DNA of 64,000 nt from Aggregatilineales bacterium (GTDB lineage Bacteria; Chloroflexota; Anaerolineae; Aggregatilineales; Phototrophicaceae). Made by a program: the position numbers and the translations under genes. The stretch spans positions 24,853 to 88,852 of the forward strand of contig JBBSBM010000014.1 of assembly GCA_038251275.1 (NCBI GenBank), in the 5' to 3' direction. Positions 37,594 to 47,744 of this stretch are shown one piece after another. Each line of letters starts with the position of its first letter. The stretch's first letter is position 1. The notes under the pieces are model-generated. The model saw nothing but the letters and a program-made list of their open reading frames with translations. It had not been told where the DNA came from and ran no database searches.

Positions 37594-37977
37594 ATGCCGA
37601 GTTACGATTACCGATGCAATCACTGTGGGAGCAGCTTTGCCCTCTTCTTCAAATCTATTAAGGATTATGACCCTGCTGCGACAAACATTTGTCCCAACTG
37701 CCAGAGTACAGATGTTGTCCGGCGCATCAAGCGTGTCGCCATTCCCAAGCAAGGACGCGACCTCAGCCAGCTTTCAAGCGGGGATATGCTCAACGTCTTT
37801 AACTCTGGCGATTCAAAAGAAGTGGGCAAGATGTTCGAGCAAGTGACACAAACCACAGGCGTTGACGCTGGTGCAACCTACAATGAGGCTACCCAACGTC
37901 TACTCAAAGGCGAAACGATGGATAGTGTCGAGCGCGACCTCAGCAGCCGCCCAAGTGCTTCTGGCAGCGACGAATAG
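37594..37977 (+). CDS. FmdB-type zinc-ribbon protein
   Basis: MPSYDYRCNHCG...CPNCQS; start refined to 37594. Confidence 0.85.
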   Translation: MPSYDYRCNHCGSSFALFFKSIKDYDPAATNICPNCQSTDVVRRIKRVAIPKQGRDLSQLSSGDMLNVFNSGDSKEVGKMFEQVTQTTGVDAGATYNEATQRLLKGETMDSVERDLSSRPSASGSDE

Positions 37978-37998
37978 CAACCTGTATTCCGTTTTGGA

Positions 37999-38298
37999 TT
38001 AATGATTCAATGCCTGAACCGTTCGCATGAGGAGCATCTGGCAGCAGGTATCGACATGATAATTGAGTTCCATCTGCTCAGTATCGGTCGTATACGTACC
38101 TGTGACCGTCACCTTCGGCTGACCACCATGCTCCTCACAGCGCATCTCGCCAACCTGTCGCTCGACCTGCCGCCGGATTTGTGCGCTGGTGTGTTCCAAC
38201 ATTTCGGCTAAATACTCGTCGGTCACTTCATCCACTGTGACAGGACGATCATCCACTTCAAATTGAATTGTTACGTCAACCAAAAGCCTACTCCCCAC
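37999..38298 (-). CDS. Small hypothetical protein with a CxxH...CC motif
   Basis: 99-aa ORF, RCEEHG and TCC; start uncertain. Confidence 0.65.
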   Translation of the reverse strand: MGSRLLVDVTIQFEVDDRPVTVDEVTDEYLAEMLEHTSAQIRRQVERQVGEMRCEEHGGQPKVTVTGTYTTDTEQMELNYHVDTCCQMLLMRTVQALNH

Positions 38299-38420
38299 TT
38301 ACAACATAAACACCGACACGACACTACCACAACACCACAGCACCTTGCTAGTCACCGTTTGGCCTTCGTCTATCCACCTTACCCCGCCCCAAATGCCTGA
38401 CTTCGGCTATAATCGGCGGC

Positions 38421-40166
38421 ATGATGAATCAACTTCACTTTAAACCTCTCGGTCGCCGCGTGTGGATCGGACTCGTTATCATCATATTTCTTGTGGGTGG
38501 TCTCGCACTTGACCTTGCCAAGCATGGACTCGTCTGGAACGTTTTCTGGTCGCTGACGGGTGAGGAAAAGCCACTTTCGCAAGTACGTGGCATGGTCGAA
38601 TGGGCAGGCAACTTTATCCGTCCGCAGCCCCAAACATCGCCAGATGTTCCCATCAACCACACTGACGTTCCACCTTATGGCATCAACACCTTTTTGCAGC
38701 AAGAAGTCGAAGTTGCCAAGCGTGACCGCAGCCTTCAAATGATCGCTGATGCAGGCTTCAAAATGATCCGGCAGCAGTTCCCGTGGGATGACATCGAAAT
38801 CAGCGGACGTGGCGACTTTACCGACCGCCGCAATGACCTCAATGGTGATGGAGTCATTGACGACAAAGATGCGGTTTCGGCATGGGCGAAGTACGATAAC
38901 ATTGTCAATTTAGCCGAAAAATATGGCATCCAAATTCAAGCGCGGCTGGATAATCCGCCCAAGTGGACACGTGCCAACCCCGACGCGGGTGATAAAGCGC
39001 CTCCTGATGATTATCAGGACTTTGTGAATTATGCCGTTGCGGTTGCCAAGCACTATCAAGGACGCATCCATTACTACCAAATCTGGAATGAACCCAACGC
39101 TAATGACGAGTGGGGAAAGCAACCGGTCAATCCAGAAGCATACACTGATTTACTTTGCCGCACTTATAAAACACTCAAAGCGGTTGACCCTAACTTAGTC
39201 GTCATCAGTGGGCCGCTTTCGCCAACAGTTTCATTGACTGACCGCAATTTGAATGACTTTATTTTCCTGCAACGCATGTACGACGCTGGCGCGAAAGACT
39301 GCTTTGATGTCATGTCGGCACAGGGTTACGGCTTCTTCAGCGGCCCGACCGATCATCGGATGCGGCCTATGACACTGACCTATGCCCGTCATATTTACAT
39401 CCGCGACATTATGATTGCCAATGGTGATGCCAACAAAGCTATCTGGATTAGTGAAGCTGCATGGAACCCACAGCCTGACGATCCGGCAAACATCGTCGCA
39501 AACGGCTCGTTCGGCATCGTCACCGAGGATCAAGCCGCGCGTTATATGCCATTAGCTTATCAACGCGCTCAAGAGGAATGGCCGTGGCTCGGCAACATCT
39601 CCTATTGGTTCTTTAAGCGTCCTGCTGACTACGAGAAAAACCAAGCCTTCTACTACTTCCGCATGGTCGAACCGGACTTCACGCCGCTGCCCATTTACGA
39701 CTCCATGAAGCAGTACATCACGACCCAAAAGCCTGTGCTATATGCAGGCGTACATCAAGCGGAAGATTGGGCGATTACTAAATCTGATGATGCCAAACTT
39801 GTCGATGTTGAGGGTGCAGAATTTGGGAAAGCTATTGAGACACGTGAACTAAGTTTCACTGCACATGGCACAGACATAGTTATCCGCGTAAAAAACAGTG
39901 GTGTTCTCAGCGATCCATCTGATTTCAATCTAAACTTAGTTGCTCCTCACACCGATTGGTATGAAGCATCAATCACTCATTCTTTTCTTGCAACAACACA
40001 AAAAATATATCGAATTTCAGTTGGAGATAAGACATTCCAAATCGACTCCATCACCGTCCTTGATCGCACAGTGCAAAATATTCTTCCAATAGCGGCTAGT
40101 TTATTTGGCGTTCTCCTTATCACGCTTTATGTCATCCTCAGCGCGTGGCGGGAGCGCCGGAAGTGA
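38421..40166 (+). CDS. Membrane-anchored clan GH-A glycoside hydrolase (GH5/GH39-like)
   Basis: IRQQFPW..IE, QIWNEPN acid/base, IWISEAAW nucleophile; N- and C-terminal TM helices. Confidence 0.85.
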   Translation: MMNQLHFKPLGRRVWIGLVIIIFLVGGLALDLAKHGLVWNVFWSLTGEEKPLSQVRGMVEWAGNFIRPQPQTSPDVPINHTDVPPYGINTFLQQEVEVAKRDRSLQMIADAGFKMIRQQFPWDDIEISGRGDFTDRRNDLNGDGVIDDKDAVSAWAKYDNIVNLAEKYGIQIQARLDNPPKWTRANPDAGDKAPPDDYQDFVNYAVAVAKHYQGRIHYYQIWNEPNANDEWGKQPVNPEAYTDLLCRTYKTLKAVDPNLVVISGPLSPTVSLTDRNLNDFIFLQRMYDAGAKDCFDVMSAQGYGFFSGPTDHRMRPMTLTYARHIYIRDIMIANGDANKAIWISEAAWNPQPDDPANIVANGSFGIVTEDQAARYMPLAYQRAQEEWPWLGNISYWFFKRPADYEKNQAFYYFRMVEPDFTPLPIYDSMKQYITTQKPVLYAGVHQAEDWAITKSDDAKLVDVEGAEFGKAIETRELSFTAHGTDIVIRVKNSGVLSDPSDFNLNLVAPHTDWYEASITHSFLATTQKIYRISVGDKTFQIDSITVLDRTVQNILPIAASLFGVLLITLYVILSAWRERRK

Positions 40167-42175
40167 GACAAGTGCATGATCATGCGGGGGCGCACAGCCG
40201 TGCGCCCCTACCTTCTTTGCCCCTTACCATCTTTGCGTTGAGTCTCAGCATTATCTTTCTCGCTGCTGTCCTTCGATTCCACAACCTCGGCACACAATCA
40301 CTATGGAATGACGAAGGTAATGCTTACGTCCAAGCCACACGCAACTTTGTGGACATTGCTTCGAATGCGGCGCGGGATATTCATCCACCCGGATACTATT
40401 GGCTGCTCGCCATCTGGCACGATCTAACAGGCAGCAGTGAAGTTGCCCTACGAACATTATCCACACTCGCCAGTATAATGAGTGTGGCTTTCACCTTTGC
40501 ACTCGGCAAACGACTCTTTAATCCCGCTTCCGGATTAGCTGCTGCTGCGCTGGTGGCGCTCAACACATTTAGCATCTACTATGCTCAAGAAGCAAGGATG
40601 TATGCCCTGCTCGCGCTCTGGACTTCGGCAGGCATGTGGACGTTGGTTGGTTTGCTCAGAAATATGCAGACACGACATCCCACAGGGAGGCCACGCACTG
40701 TCGTGTCCCTACAATGGGGATTAGCGCTGGCGCTCATCAATACCGCTGGTCTTTATACTCAATACACTTATCCTTTTATCATGCTGGCGCAGGGTGTGAT
40801 TTTCCTTTTCTGGTTCGGCATTTCGCTACTTCGTCCTTCGTCTCATCTCGGTACTCGATACTCGGTACTCGGTACTTACATCGTATCTAACATCCTCACG
40901 ATCCTGCTCTTTCTGCCGTGGCTGCCAACAGCATTACGGCAAGTGACACAATGGCCGAGTACAGGCACGCCGATTCCGGCTGGCGAAGCACTGGGCATCA
41001 TTGGCGGTTGGTTCACTTTTGGCATCACTTACGAATTTGTTCCGAACGCCACTAGCTATCTACCGATTGCTTTGATTCTGTTACTTGGTGGACTTATCGG
41101 CTGGTTATGGCTGCGAGGCAAAGCGAGTTTCTGGTCAACTTTAGTGCCAATCATTTGGGCAGGATTGCCGGTTGCCTTATTTTTAGCCCTCGGACTCTTT
41201 CGTCCAGCCAATCTGAAATTTTTACTACCGGCACAAATTGGGTTTGCGCTAATCATGGGTGCAGGTATCGGTGGCTGGTGGACATTGGCACAGCGTAGTT
41301 ATCGACTTGACCGAATCACGCTTGTTCTCACTGTTTTACAAACGCTGTGGCTGCTTGTCTATCTCTTTAACGGACTACAACCCCTGTTTACTGACCCACA
41401 CTTCCAACGGGCTGATTACCGAGAAATGGTGCAAACGATTATAGCCAATCCGCGTGAAGGTGATGCCATCATTTTGGATGCGCCCAATCAGGAAGAAGTC
41501 TTTCGCTATTACTATCATGGCGCTGCACCAGTCTATCCACTTCCGGCAGGCTTAGGCGGTGATGATGCCCAAACGCTCGCCGCCGTTCAAAAAATCATCA
41601 GCGAACATCAACGGATTTTCGTCCTCTTTTGGGGGGAAGCCGAGCGTGACCCAAACCACATCATCGAAAACACTTTAGACGGCACCACCTATGAAGCGGG
41701 ACAAGACATCTGGTATGGGGATGTGCGTTTTGCTCAATATGTCACACCAGTAACGATGTCCAATCCGAAGCCCATCTATAAGCTTTTTGGCGACTCGATT
41801 ATGCTGGAACATGCCGCCCTAAGTGGTTCCACATTTCACCCCGGAGATGTTGCTCAAATTCAATTGGAATGGCGAACTAATGCCGTTCTCCAAAAACGTT
41901 ATAAGGTATTCGTTCAATTACTCAATTCTGGCGGGATATTGGTAGCCCAACGAGATAGCGAACCCGCAGGCGGATCACAACCGACGACCATGTGGCAACC
42001 GGATACACTCAGTATTGACCAACATGGGCTTGCCCTCCCCAGTGATCTCATACCGGGAAACTACCAGATTATTGTTGGCTTGTATGATGCAGACGATCCT
42101 AACCAGCGATTACCCGTTGCCGGAAAAACTTATGTAAGTCTAGGTTTTGTCGCGATTATCTCATCTCAAAACTGA
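40163..42175 (+). CDS. GT-C (PMT_2/GT39-like) glycosyltransferase
   Basis: SLWNDE, DIHPPGYY, YAQEARMY; C-terminal beta domain KVFVQL..VAQRDSEP; GTG 40163 overlaps the upstream TGA. Confidence 0.88.
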   Translation: MRQVHDHAGAHSRAPLPSLPLTIFALSLSIIFLAAVLRFHNLGTQSLWNDEGNAYVQATRNFVDIASNAARDIHPPGYYWLLAIWHDLTGSSEVALRTLSTLASIMSVAFTFALGKRLFNPASGLAAAALVALNTFSIYYAQEARMYALLALWTSAGMWTLVGLLRNMQTRHPTGRPRTVVSLQWGLALALINTAGLYTQYTYPFIMLAQGVIFLFWFGISLLRPSSHLGTRYSVLGTYIVSNILTILLFLPWLPTALRQVTQWPSTGTPIPAGEALGIIGGWFTFGITYEFVPNATSYLPIALILLLGGLIGWLWLRGKASFWSTLVPIIWAGLPVALFLALGLFRPANLKFLLPAQIGFALIMGAGIGGWWTLAQRSYRLDRITLVLTVLQTLWLLVYLFNGLQPLFTDPHFQRADYREMVQTIIANPREGDAIILDAPNQEEVFRYYYHGAAPVYPLPAGLGGDDAQTLAAVQKIISEHQRIFVLFWGEAERDPNHIIENTLDGTTYEAGQDIWYGDVRFAQYVTPVTMSNPKPIYKLFGDSIMLEHAALSGSTFHPGDVAQIQLEWRTNAVLQKRYKVFVQLLNSGGILVAQRDSEPAGGSQPTTMWQPDTLSIDQHGLALPSDLIPGNYQIIVGLYDADDPNQRLPVAGKTYVSLGFVAIISSQN

Positions 42176-42270
42176 ACATCCTATGAGCATCGGTTGACGC
42201 ATGTGCTAGGCGAAACTACAATCAAGATAAGGGGAGATTATTATATCTATATGACCGGAGGCAGACCGAA

Positions 42271-43203
42271 ATGCGCGTGATCATTACCGGGGGAACAGGG
42301 CTCATTGGCAATGCGGTTGCCAACAGCTTGGCGCACGATCATCATGAAGTAATCGTCCTCACCCGCAACACCAATAAAACCAGCGGACTAGACGGCAATG
42401 TCAAGCTTGTTGAATGGGATTCCCGCACAGCAAAAGGCTGGGGAGAACTTGCCGATGGTGCAGGCGCGATTATTAATCTTGCCGGCGAAAGCATCGCGGG
42501 TGAAGGTTTCCCACCCAGCCGTTGGACGAAAGAACGCAAGAAACGCATTCTCGAAAGCCGTATCAATGCGGGCAAAGCGGTCGTAGAGGCTATCAGCGCG
42601 GCGACCAACAAACCGGAAGTGTTGATTCAATCTTCGGCAGTGGGTTATTATGGTACGCATGGCAGCGAAGACATTACCGAAGATCATGCTCCCGGTGGCG
42701 ATTTCCTAGCACAGACCTGTGTTCAGTGGGAAGCAGTTACCGAACCCGTGGAGAAGATGGGGGTGCGCCGTGTCATCATCCGCACCGGTATTTTAATGTC
42801 TACTAAAGGCGGCGTGCTGCCACAGCTCTCACTTCCATTCAAAATATTCGTCGGTGGTCGCATCGGTGACGGCAAGCAGCAGATGCCGTGGATACACATT
42901 GATGACGAAGTCGGTGCAATCCAATTCCTAATTGATAATAAGAATGCCAGCGGGGCTTATAACTTGAGCGCACCAGAAGTGCTAAGTAATGCTGAACTTG
43001 CCACTATTATGGGACGTGTCTACAAACGCCCATCATTCTTCCCCACACCAGCATTTGTATTTAAAATGGCCTTTGGCGAACTCGCAATTCTGCTCACAGA
43101 AGGTCAACGGGCTGTTCCAAAACGTCTGGAAGAAGCGGGCTATCCGTTTCAATATCCGAAGGCCGAACCTGCTCTCAAAGACTTGGTAAATAACAACAAA
43201 TAA
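42271..43203 (+). CDS. TIGR01777/YfcH-like NAD-dependent epimerase family protein
   Basis: ITGGTGLIG, INLAGESI, SAVGYYG, GKQ.MPWIHIDD. Confidence 0.9.
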   Translation: MRVIITGGTGLIGNAVANSLAHDHHEVIVLTRNTNKTSGLDGNVKLVEWDSRTAKGWGELADGAGAIINLAGESIAGEGFPPSRWTKERKKRILESRINAGKAVVEAISAATNKPEVLIQSSAVGYYGTHGSEDITEDHAPGGDFLAQTCVQWEAVTEPVEKMGVRRVIIRTGILMSTKGGVLPQLSLPFKIFVGGRIGDGKQQMPWIHIDDEVGAIQFLIDNKNASGAYNLSAPEVLSNAELATIMGRVYKRPSFFPTPAFVFKMAFGELAILLTEGQRAVPKRLEEAGYPFQYPKAEPALKDLVNNNK

Positions 43204-43292
43204 TCGCAATCAACACCCCACTCTGTAATTTCGATCGGAGTGAGGTGTAGTATTGGGTATACGAACACTGCTTAATCATTGAAGTCGAGTGA

Positions 43293-44057
43293 ATGATGCC
43301 CAACACCCTGTATCAAACCGTAGTTTTTATCGACCTTGACGGTACCCTAATGTTAAATCCTTTTGAGTCAGCAGTCTGGCCACAGATTGTCGGCGAAATG
43401 GCTCAAAAGTCAGGTCTATCAGCGGCAGCTATCCTGGAAATGATAGAGGATGAAAACAATGCCCGTCAGCGGGATGACAATGTACCTGCGACTACGGCGA
43501 TGGATATGGACGATGTTTCGCTGACGGTTGCCAAACGGCTGGGTGTGTCCATCACCACCAACGTCACCGAGTTGGTAAACACCTATGCTAAATCCCATTC
43601 ATCCCTTCTCGAATATGCGCTGGAGTCGCTGAAAGAGCTGGCTGCACCACATCGCGCGATTGTGATTGCCACCAAGGGGCTTGCCAAATATCAGATTCAG
43701 GTGATGGATGCTATGGGGATCACGCCGCTCGTCACCGATACTCTCACACCGGATACACACAACGGATTGAAAAAACACCGCCATTTCTTTGGCGATTGGC
43801 CGGAGCGCGGGCAAGACTCAATTATGGTTGGTGATCTCTATGATGACGATGTGTTGTATCCGAGCCGTCACGGTTTTAAAACCCTTTGGAAGCCTCGTGC
43901 TTCGCTTATTCCTGATCCAATTTCGCATCTCGATCCGTTTGCCCGCGCACTGGAATTCCCGTACACATCACAACAAACAACGCGTCCTACAGGCATTCTA
44001 CTTTCATTGCGTGAACTCCCTGCCGCTGTAGCGTACATAGAACAATCACGCCTTTGA
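43293..44057 (+). CDS. HAD superfamily hydrolase
   Basis: FIDLDGTL, TKG, K, MVGDLYDDD. Confidence 0.85.
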   Translation: MMPNTLYQTVVFIDLDGTLMLNPFESAVWPQIVGEMAQKSGLSAAAILEMIEDENNARQRDDNVPATTAMDMDDVSLTVAKRLGVSITTNVTELVNTYAKSHSSLLEYALESLKELAAPHRAIVIATKGLAKYQIQVMDAMGITPLVTDTLTPDTHNGLKKHRHFFGDWPERGQDSIMVGDLYDDDVLYPSRHGFKTLWKPRASLIPDPISHLDPFARALEFPYTSQQTTRPTGILLSLRELPAAVAYIEQSRL

Positions 44058-45286
44058 TGGATTATTTCGATGCACTCAATTTCATCGCTCAGCCTATCCG
44101 AGCGAATGAGTTACCCCATTCGCTCGACCACATGAGACGATTTTTGGACGTATTAGATAATCCCGAAAAGTATTATCCATGTGTTGTGGTTGCAGGATCA
44201 GTCGGCAAAGGCACAACCTGTCACCAAATCGCCTCTTTAATGAATAACCATCTCAAAGTCGGCCTTTACACCAGCCCACACTTACACAGTTTCCGCGAAC
44301 GCTTCGTTATCAACGGACAGATGATTTCACAGTTAGAATTGATCACTGGCGTTAAAGTCATCCAGCAAGCCGTAGAAAAACTCGATACACATTACAGCAC
44401 CTTCGAACTCGCAACCGCTTTAGCTCTATGGTGGTTTAATCAGCAAGCAGTCGACATTGGAGTTCTCGAAATTGGAATCGGTGGTCGTTACGATGCGATC
44501 AATACAGTGGCGAACGCTTTAGCTGTTATAACACCGATTGAGCGCGAACACGCAGGAATGCTCGGTGGAACACTGGAATCGATTGCCAGCCACAAGGCAG
44601 GCATCATTCAACCAAAAGGTTATGTTATTTCTGCTCCACAAGTAACTGAAGTTGAATTCGTGCTACGTCAAGAAGCGACTGGTAAGCAAGCTACCCTTAC
44701 CGTCGAACCAATAGACACGTTAGCAGTAAGTGCCTGCACCAACCTCATGCAGCGCAGCATCATTCCAGCGTTTGGGCTACCTGATATTTCACCGCCAGTT
44801 CATTTAGCGGGACGCATGGAAAAAATCAGGTTGCAATATAAGACACTGCTCATCGACGGCGCACATACACCAAACAGTGCCCGACGACTACGGCTAGCAA
44901 TTGAAAGTATTCAGCCTAAATTGCCTGTCAGCTTGATTATCGGAATGCTGCGCGACAAATCGGTTCACAACTATCTCGCCGAATTTGACCAACCAAACTT
45001 TCATGTCACTCTGACACAAACCTCCAGCCATCGCGCCTTCACTGCCGATGAGATCCAACAAATAGCGAACCTTCAACAGGCACAAGTCACCATTCAACAA
45101 GATTTACAAACCGCGATTGATGAAGCACTGCAAGCCTCCGAAACACTCATTGTCATTACGGGTTCGCTGCGGATGGCGGCTTTATCGCGCGAGATTCTTG
45201 GCCTTTTAAATGCTGACGAACGCCAAGAAGCAAGTAACACACGCGCTATTTTTGAGGGTCGGGATTACCTCAGTAAATTGGGTTGA
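44054..45286 (+). CDS. folC: Folylpolyglutamate synthase/dihydrofolate synthase family
   Basis: VAGSVGKGTT, YTSPHL..FRER, EIGIGGRYD, HKAGII, DGAHT, TGSL. Confidence 0.85.
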   Translation: MMDYFDALNFIAQPIRANELPHSLDHMRRFLDVLDNPEKYYPCVVVAGSVGKGTTCHQIASLMNNHLKVGLYTSPHLHSFRERFVINGQMISQLELITGVKVIQQAVEKLDTHYSTFELATALALWWFNQQAVDIGVLEIGIGGRYDAINTVANALAVITPIEREHAGMLGGTLESIASHKAGIIQPKGYVISAPQVTEVEFVLRQEATGKQATLTVEPIDTLAVSACTNLMQRSIIPAFGLPDISPPVHLAGRMEKIRLQYKTLLIDGAHTPNSARRLRLAIESIQPKLPVSLIIGMLRDKSVHNYLAEFDQPNFHVTLTQTSSHRAFTADEIQQIANLQQAQVTIQQDLQTAIDEALQASETLIVITGSLRMAALSREILGLLNADERQEASNTRAIFEGRDYLSKLG

Positions 45287-45503
45287 ACATCTGTCGGCAT
45301 TTGAACGTAGTACGAGTGTCAGGCAATGGTTAAAGAGTACCCCAATATAAGATTTATGTGGTGTGAGTGCTGTTGCTCTCTAACATAAACTTAAACATCT
45401 CTACATCAAATTTCACTAAACCTGTGTTAGAGTGAGAATTATGGCTCAAAATGTCTGGCACAATTATCTCCAACATTACTGGTATTTTGCAGAGGAACAA
45501 GTA

Positions 45504-46100
45504 TTGAACGCATCTTCGTATATGAATGCGCGTTGGGCACGTATTATTTCCAACTTGCTTAGTCCACCGATGGTCTGGAGCATTTTGGTGTTCTTCATAG
45601 CGTTTCATTTTGCAGAAAATCGTCTACAGGGACTGATGTGGGCGCTGACTTATGGCATATTGGTATGCCTTATGCCCATCCTGTTTATTGCGTGGCGCGT
45701 TCACGGTGGCAAAATCAGTGACCTCCACATGAAAGAACGTCAGGAACGCATTGTACCTTTTGCGGTATCCATCGCCTGCGCTATTCTAGCGTGGGAAGTC
45801 TTGCGCTTGATGAATGCCCCCTCCATTTTGCCGTTAATCGCCGCAATTACCTTGGTTGAACTGGCGGTAATGCTTGTCATTACTTTTGCTTGGCAAATCA
45901 GTATGCATGCTATGAGCATCAGTGTGGCACTGGTCGCAACCGGAATTGTTTTTGGCGCAGTACCAGCCTTATTTGTATCCCCACTGCTGCCAATTGTCGG
46001 TGCAGCGCGTTTACGGTTGGAACGACACACGCTGGCACAGGTTGTCGCCGGGGCAATTGTAGGCGCACTTATCCCCTTGGTTGTTCTCGCAGTAATGTAA
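45504..46100 (+). CDS. PAP2-like membrane protein
   Basis: WQISMHA, ARLRLERHTLAQVVAG; AGAGGA RBS before TTG 45504 (ORF track starts at 45432). Confidence 0.75.
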   Translation: MNASSYMNARWARIISNLLSPPMVWSILVFFIAFHFAENRLQGLMWALTYGILVCLMPILFIAWRVHGGKISDLHMKERQERIVPFAVSIACAILAWEVLRLMNAPSILPLIAAITLVELAVMLVITFAWQISMHAMSISVALVATGIVFGAVPALFVSPLLPIVGAARLRLERHTLAQVVAGAIVGALIPLVVLAVM

Positions 46101-46169
46101 ATCAAATGGGGCGACCATAGTCACCCCATTTTGCTAACATTTTACTTCTCGCTCAAACTAAACCTCGAT

Positions 46170-47600
46170 TTAGCCTGTAACCGGAATTTGTGCGACTACC
46201 GCACCACCTTGAATTCGTCCATAGGTCGAACTGACCCATCCGACAGTGCCATTATAGTTAACTTGCCACCAAGCATTATTGGAAGTACGTCCAACTATTC
46301 GAGCAGTTTCATTACGCTGCATCTTGGCAACGACGGTCGTACCACGTGTGGTCGGCGCATTACGCACATTAAGAGTAGTCAATGCTGTGACATTAAATCC
46401 GGTGTCTACCGGTTGGGCTAAACTAGGGGCACCAGCAGCCACCACATTGACATTCTGGCTACCACCAATTGTGACAAATCGAGCCGATACCCAACCAACT
46501 ACACCATTCACATTGATTTGATACCACGACGAATCGCCGTTCTTACCCACGACTGGATAAACTTCACGTATGCTGATCTTCGTCAATATCGTTGCGGATG
46601 CACTCGGGTTATCGCGGACATTCAGTCGAGCCGCGGTCACGGTCGCAGTTGTACCGGTATTGACCGGATTCACATTGGGTTGTGTAACAACAACTGAGGT
46701 AACACGGTTCAAGTTGTAGTTCAGGAACGCGTTGCCCGCCCCCTCATAATACTCAACGATGATGGTATGTTGCCCTGCGCCAAGATTCAGGTTCGCAGTG
46801 TAGGTTGTGTTTGAAGCCGAGTGAAACTCATTAAGCACCAAGTTACCATCTACATACACCCTTACACCATCATCAGCAGATACCGATAGTTGGTAATTGG
46901 CTGCATCCAGTGTTTGTGTGCTTGTCCATCGAGCCGAGAAATTATCAGCAGGGACACTCGCACCCGGTGAACCACCGCCCCAATTGTGGGTTGGGCTGCC
47001 TTCCGTTTGGGTTAAGACAGGCGAACCCGACAAACCCGTATTATTGAAATACTGTGCTGTCCACTGACCATTGTTGACGTTCGCATAGGACACCTGTGGG
47101 ACAGGGAAATTTGGCCCAGAGGTTGTACCAGCAGGAGCCCATGTTACATATGCATAGGCGCTGCCCGAAACCTCTTGATAATCGACACGCACCTTATGAA
47201 CACCTGCGGTCATAGGCACATCAGCCGAAACAATTTGCCCTATTTGTGTTTGTCCAAATGTGCTCAGAATAGGGGTATAACCATCGTCAAGTGTGATTTT
47301 GATGTTATCGTCGGCTAATGCCCAAAAACGATACGTTCCGCCACCAAAGGCGGCTAACGCCGTCCAACGAACGGAAAAGCCGTCGCTCCCTACGCCGTTT
47401 CCCGGTGCGTTATTGCCAAAGTCAAATGCTAACACGCTGTCAGTACGGGTGAAAGCGGGTGAACCTTGTAAATAAGGGTTGTTATAATATTCGCCTGTCC
47501 ATGAATAACTCTGAGCCGCAACCCACATACTCGGTTGCAGAGTGAACAAACTGAACATGGCGAACAACACGCCAAAGACACTCCATTTTCGCCACTTCAT
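46170..47600 (-). CDS. Secreted protein with two PA14 domains and two bacterial SH3 domains
   Basis: Signal peptide; two WTxxYxNN..L.G.P / FSxRW / ADDG repeats; two LNVR..P...W.Q...G.VGWVS repeats. Confidence 0.88.
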   Translation of the reverse strand: MKWRKWSVFGVLFAMFSLFTLQPSMWVAAQSYSWTGEYYNNPYLQGSPAFTRTDSVLAFDFGNNAPGNGVGSDGFSVRWTALAAFGGGTYRFWALADDNIKITLDDGYTPILSTFGQTQIGQIVSADVPMTAGVHKVRVDYQEVSGSAYAYVTWAPAGTTSGPNFPVPQVSYANVNNGQWTAQYFNNTGLSGSPVLTQTEGSPTHNWGGGSPGASVPADNFSARWTSTQTLDAANYQLSVSADDGVRVYVDGNLVLNEFHSASNTTYTANLNLGAGQHTIIVEYYEGAGNAFLNYNLNRVTSVVVTQPNVNPVNTGTTATVTAARLNVRDNPSASATILTKISIREVYPVVGKNGDSSWYQINVNGVVGWVSARFVTIGGSQNVNVVAAGAPSLAQPVDTGFNVTALTTLNVRNAPTTRGTTVVAKMQRNETARIVGRTSNNAWWQVNYNGTVGWVSSTYGRIQGGAVVAQIPVTG

Positions 47601-47744
47601 CGTTAGCCTCCTTTTTCGTCGGAATCAAAACTGTTTAATCTATCTCATTATAGACATTTTTAGGGGACAATAGTTCGTCCCGTAGAGTAATCGTCAGGTT
47701 AAAGCACTAAAACCCGTCAGCCGGACTAGTGGTCACTAGTACTA

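Noticed and set aside
38300-38345. CA-rich low-complexity stretch (cacgacactaccacaacaccacagcacc)
   Set aside because: Short and imperfect, with no second copy in the window; no function can be supported.
47691-47720. Recurrent (TC)GTCAG words in several intergenic regions
   Set aside because: Too short, and the spacing is inconsistent between sites; it cannot be separated from background without a motif-enrichment test.
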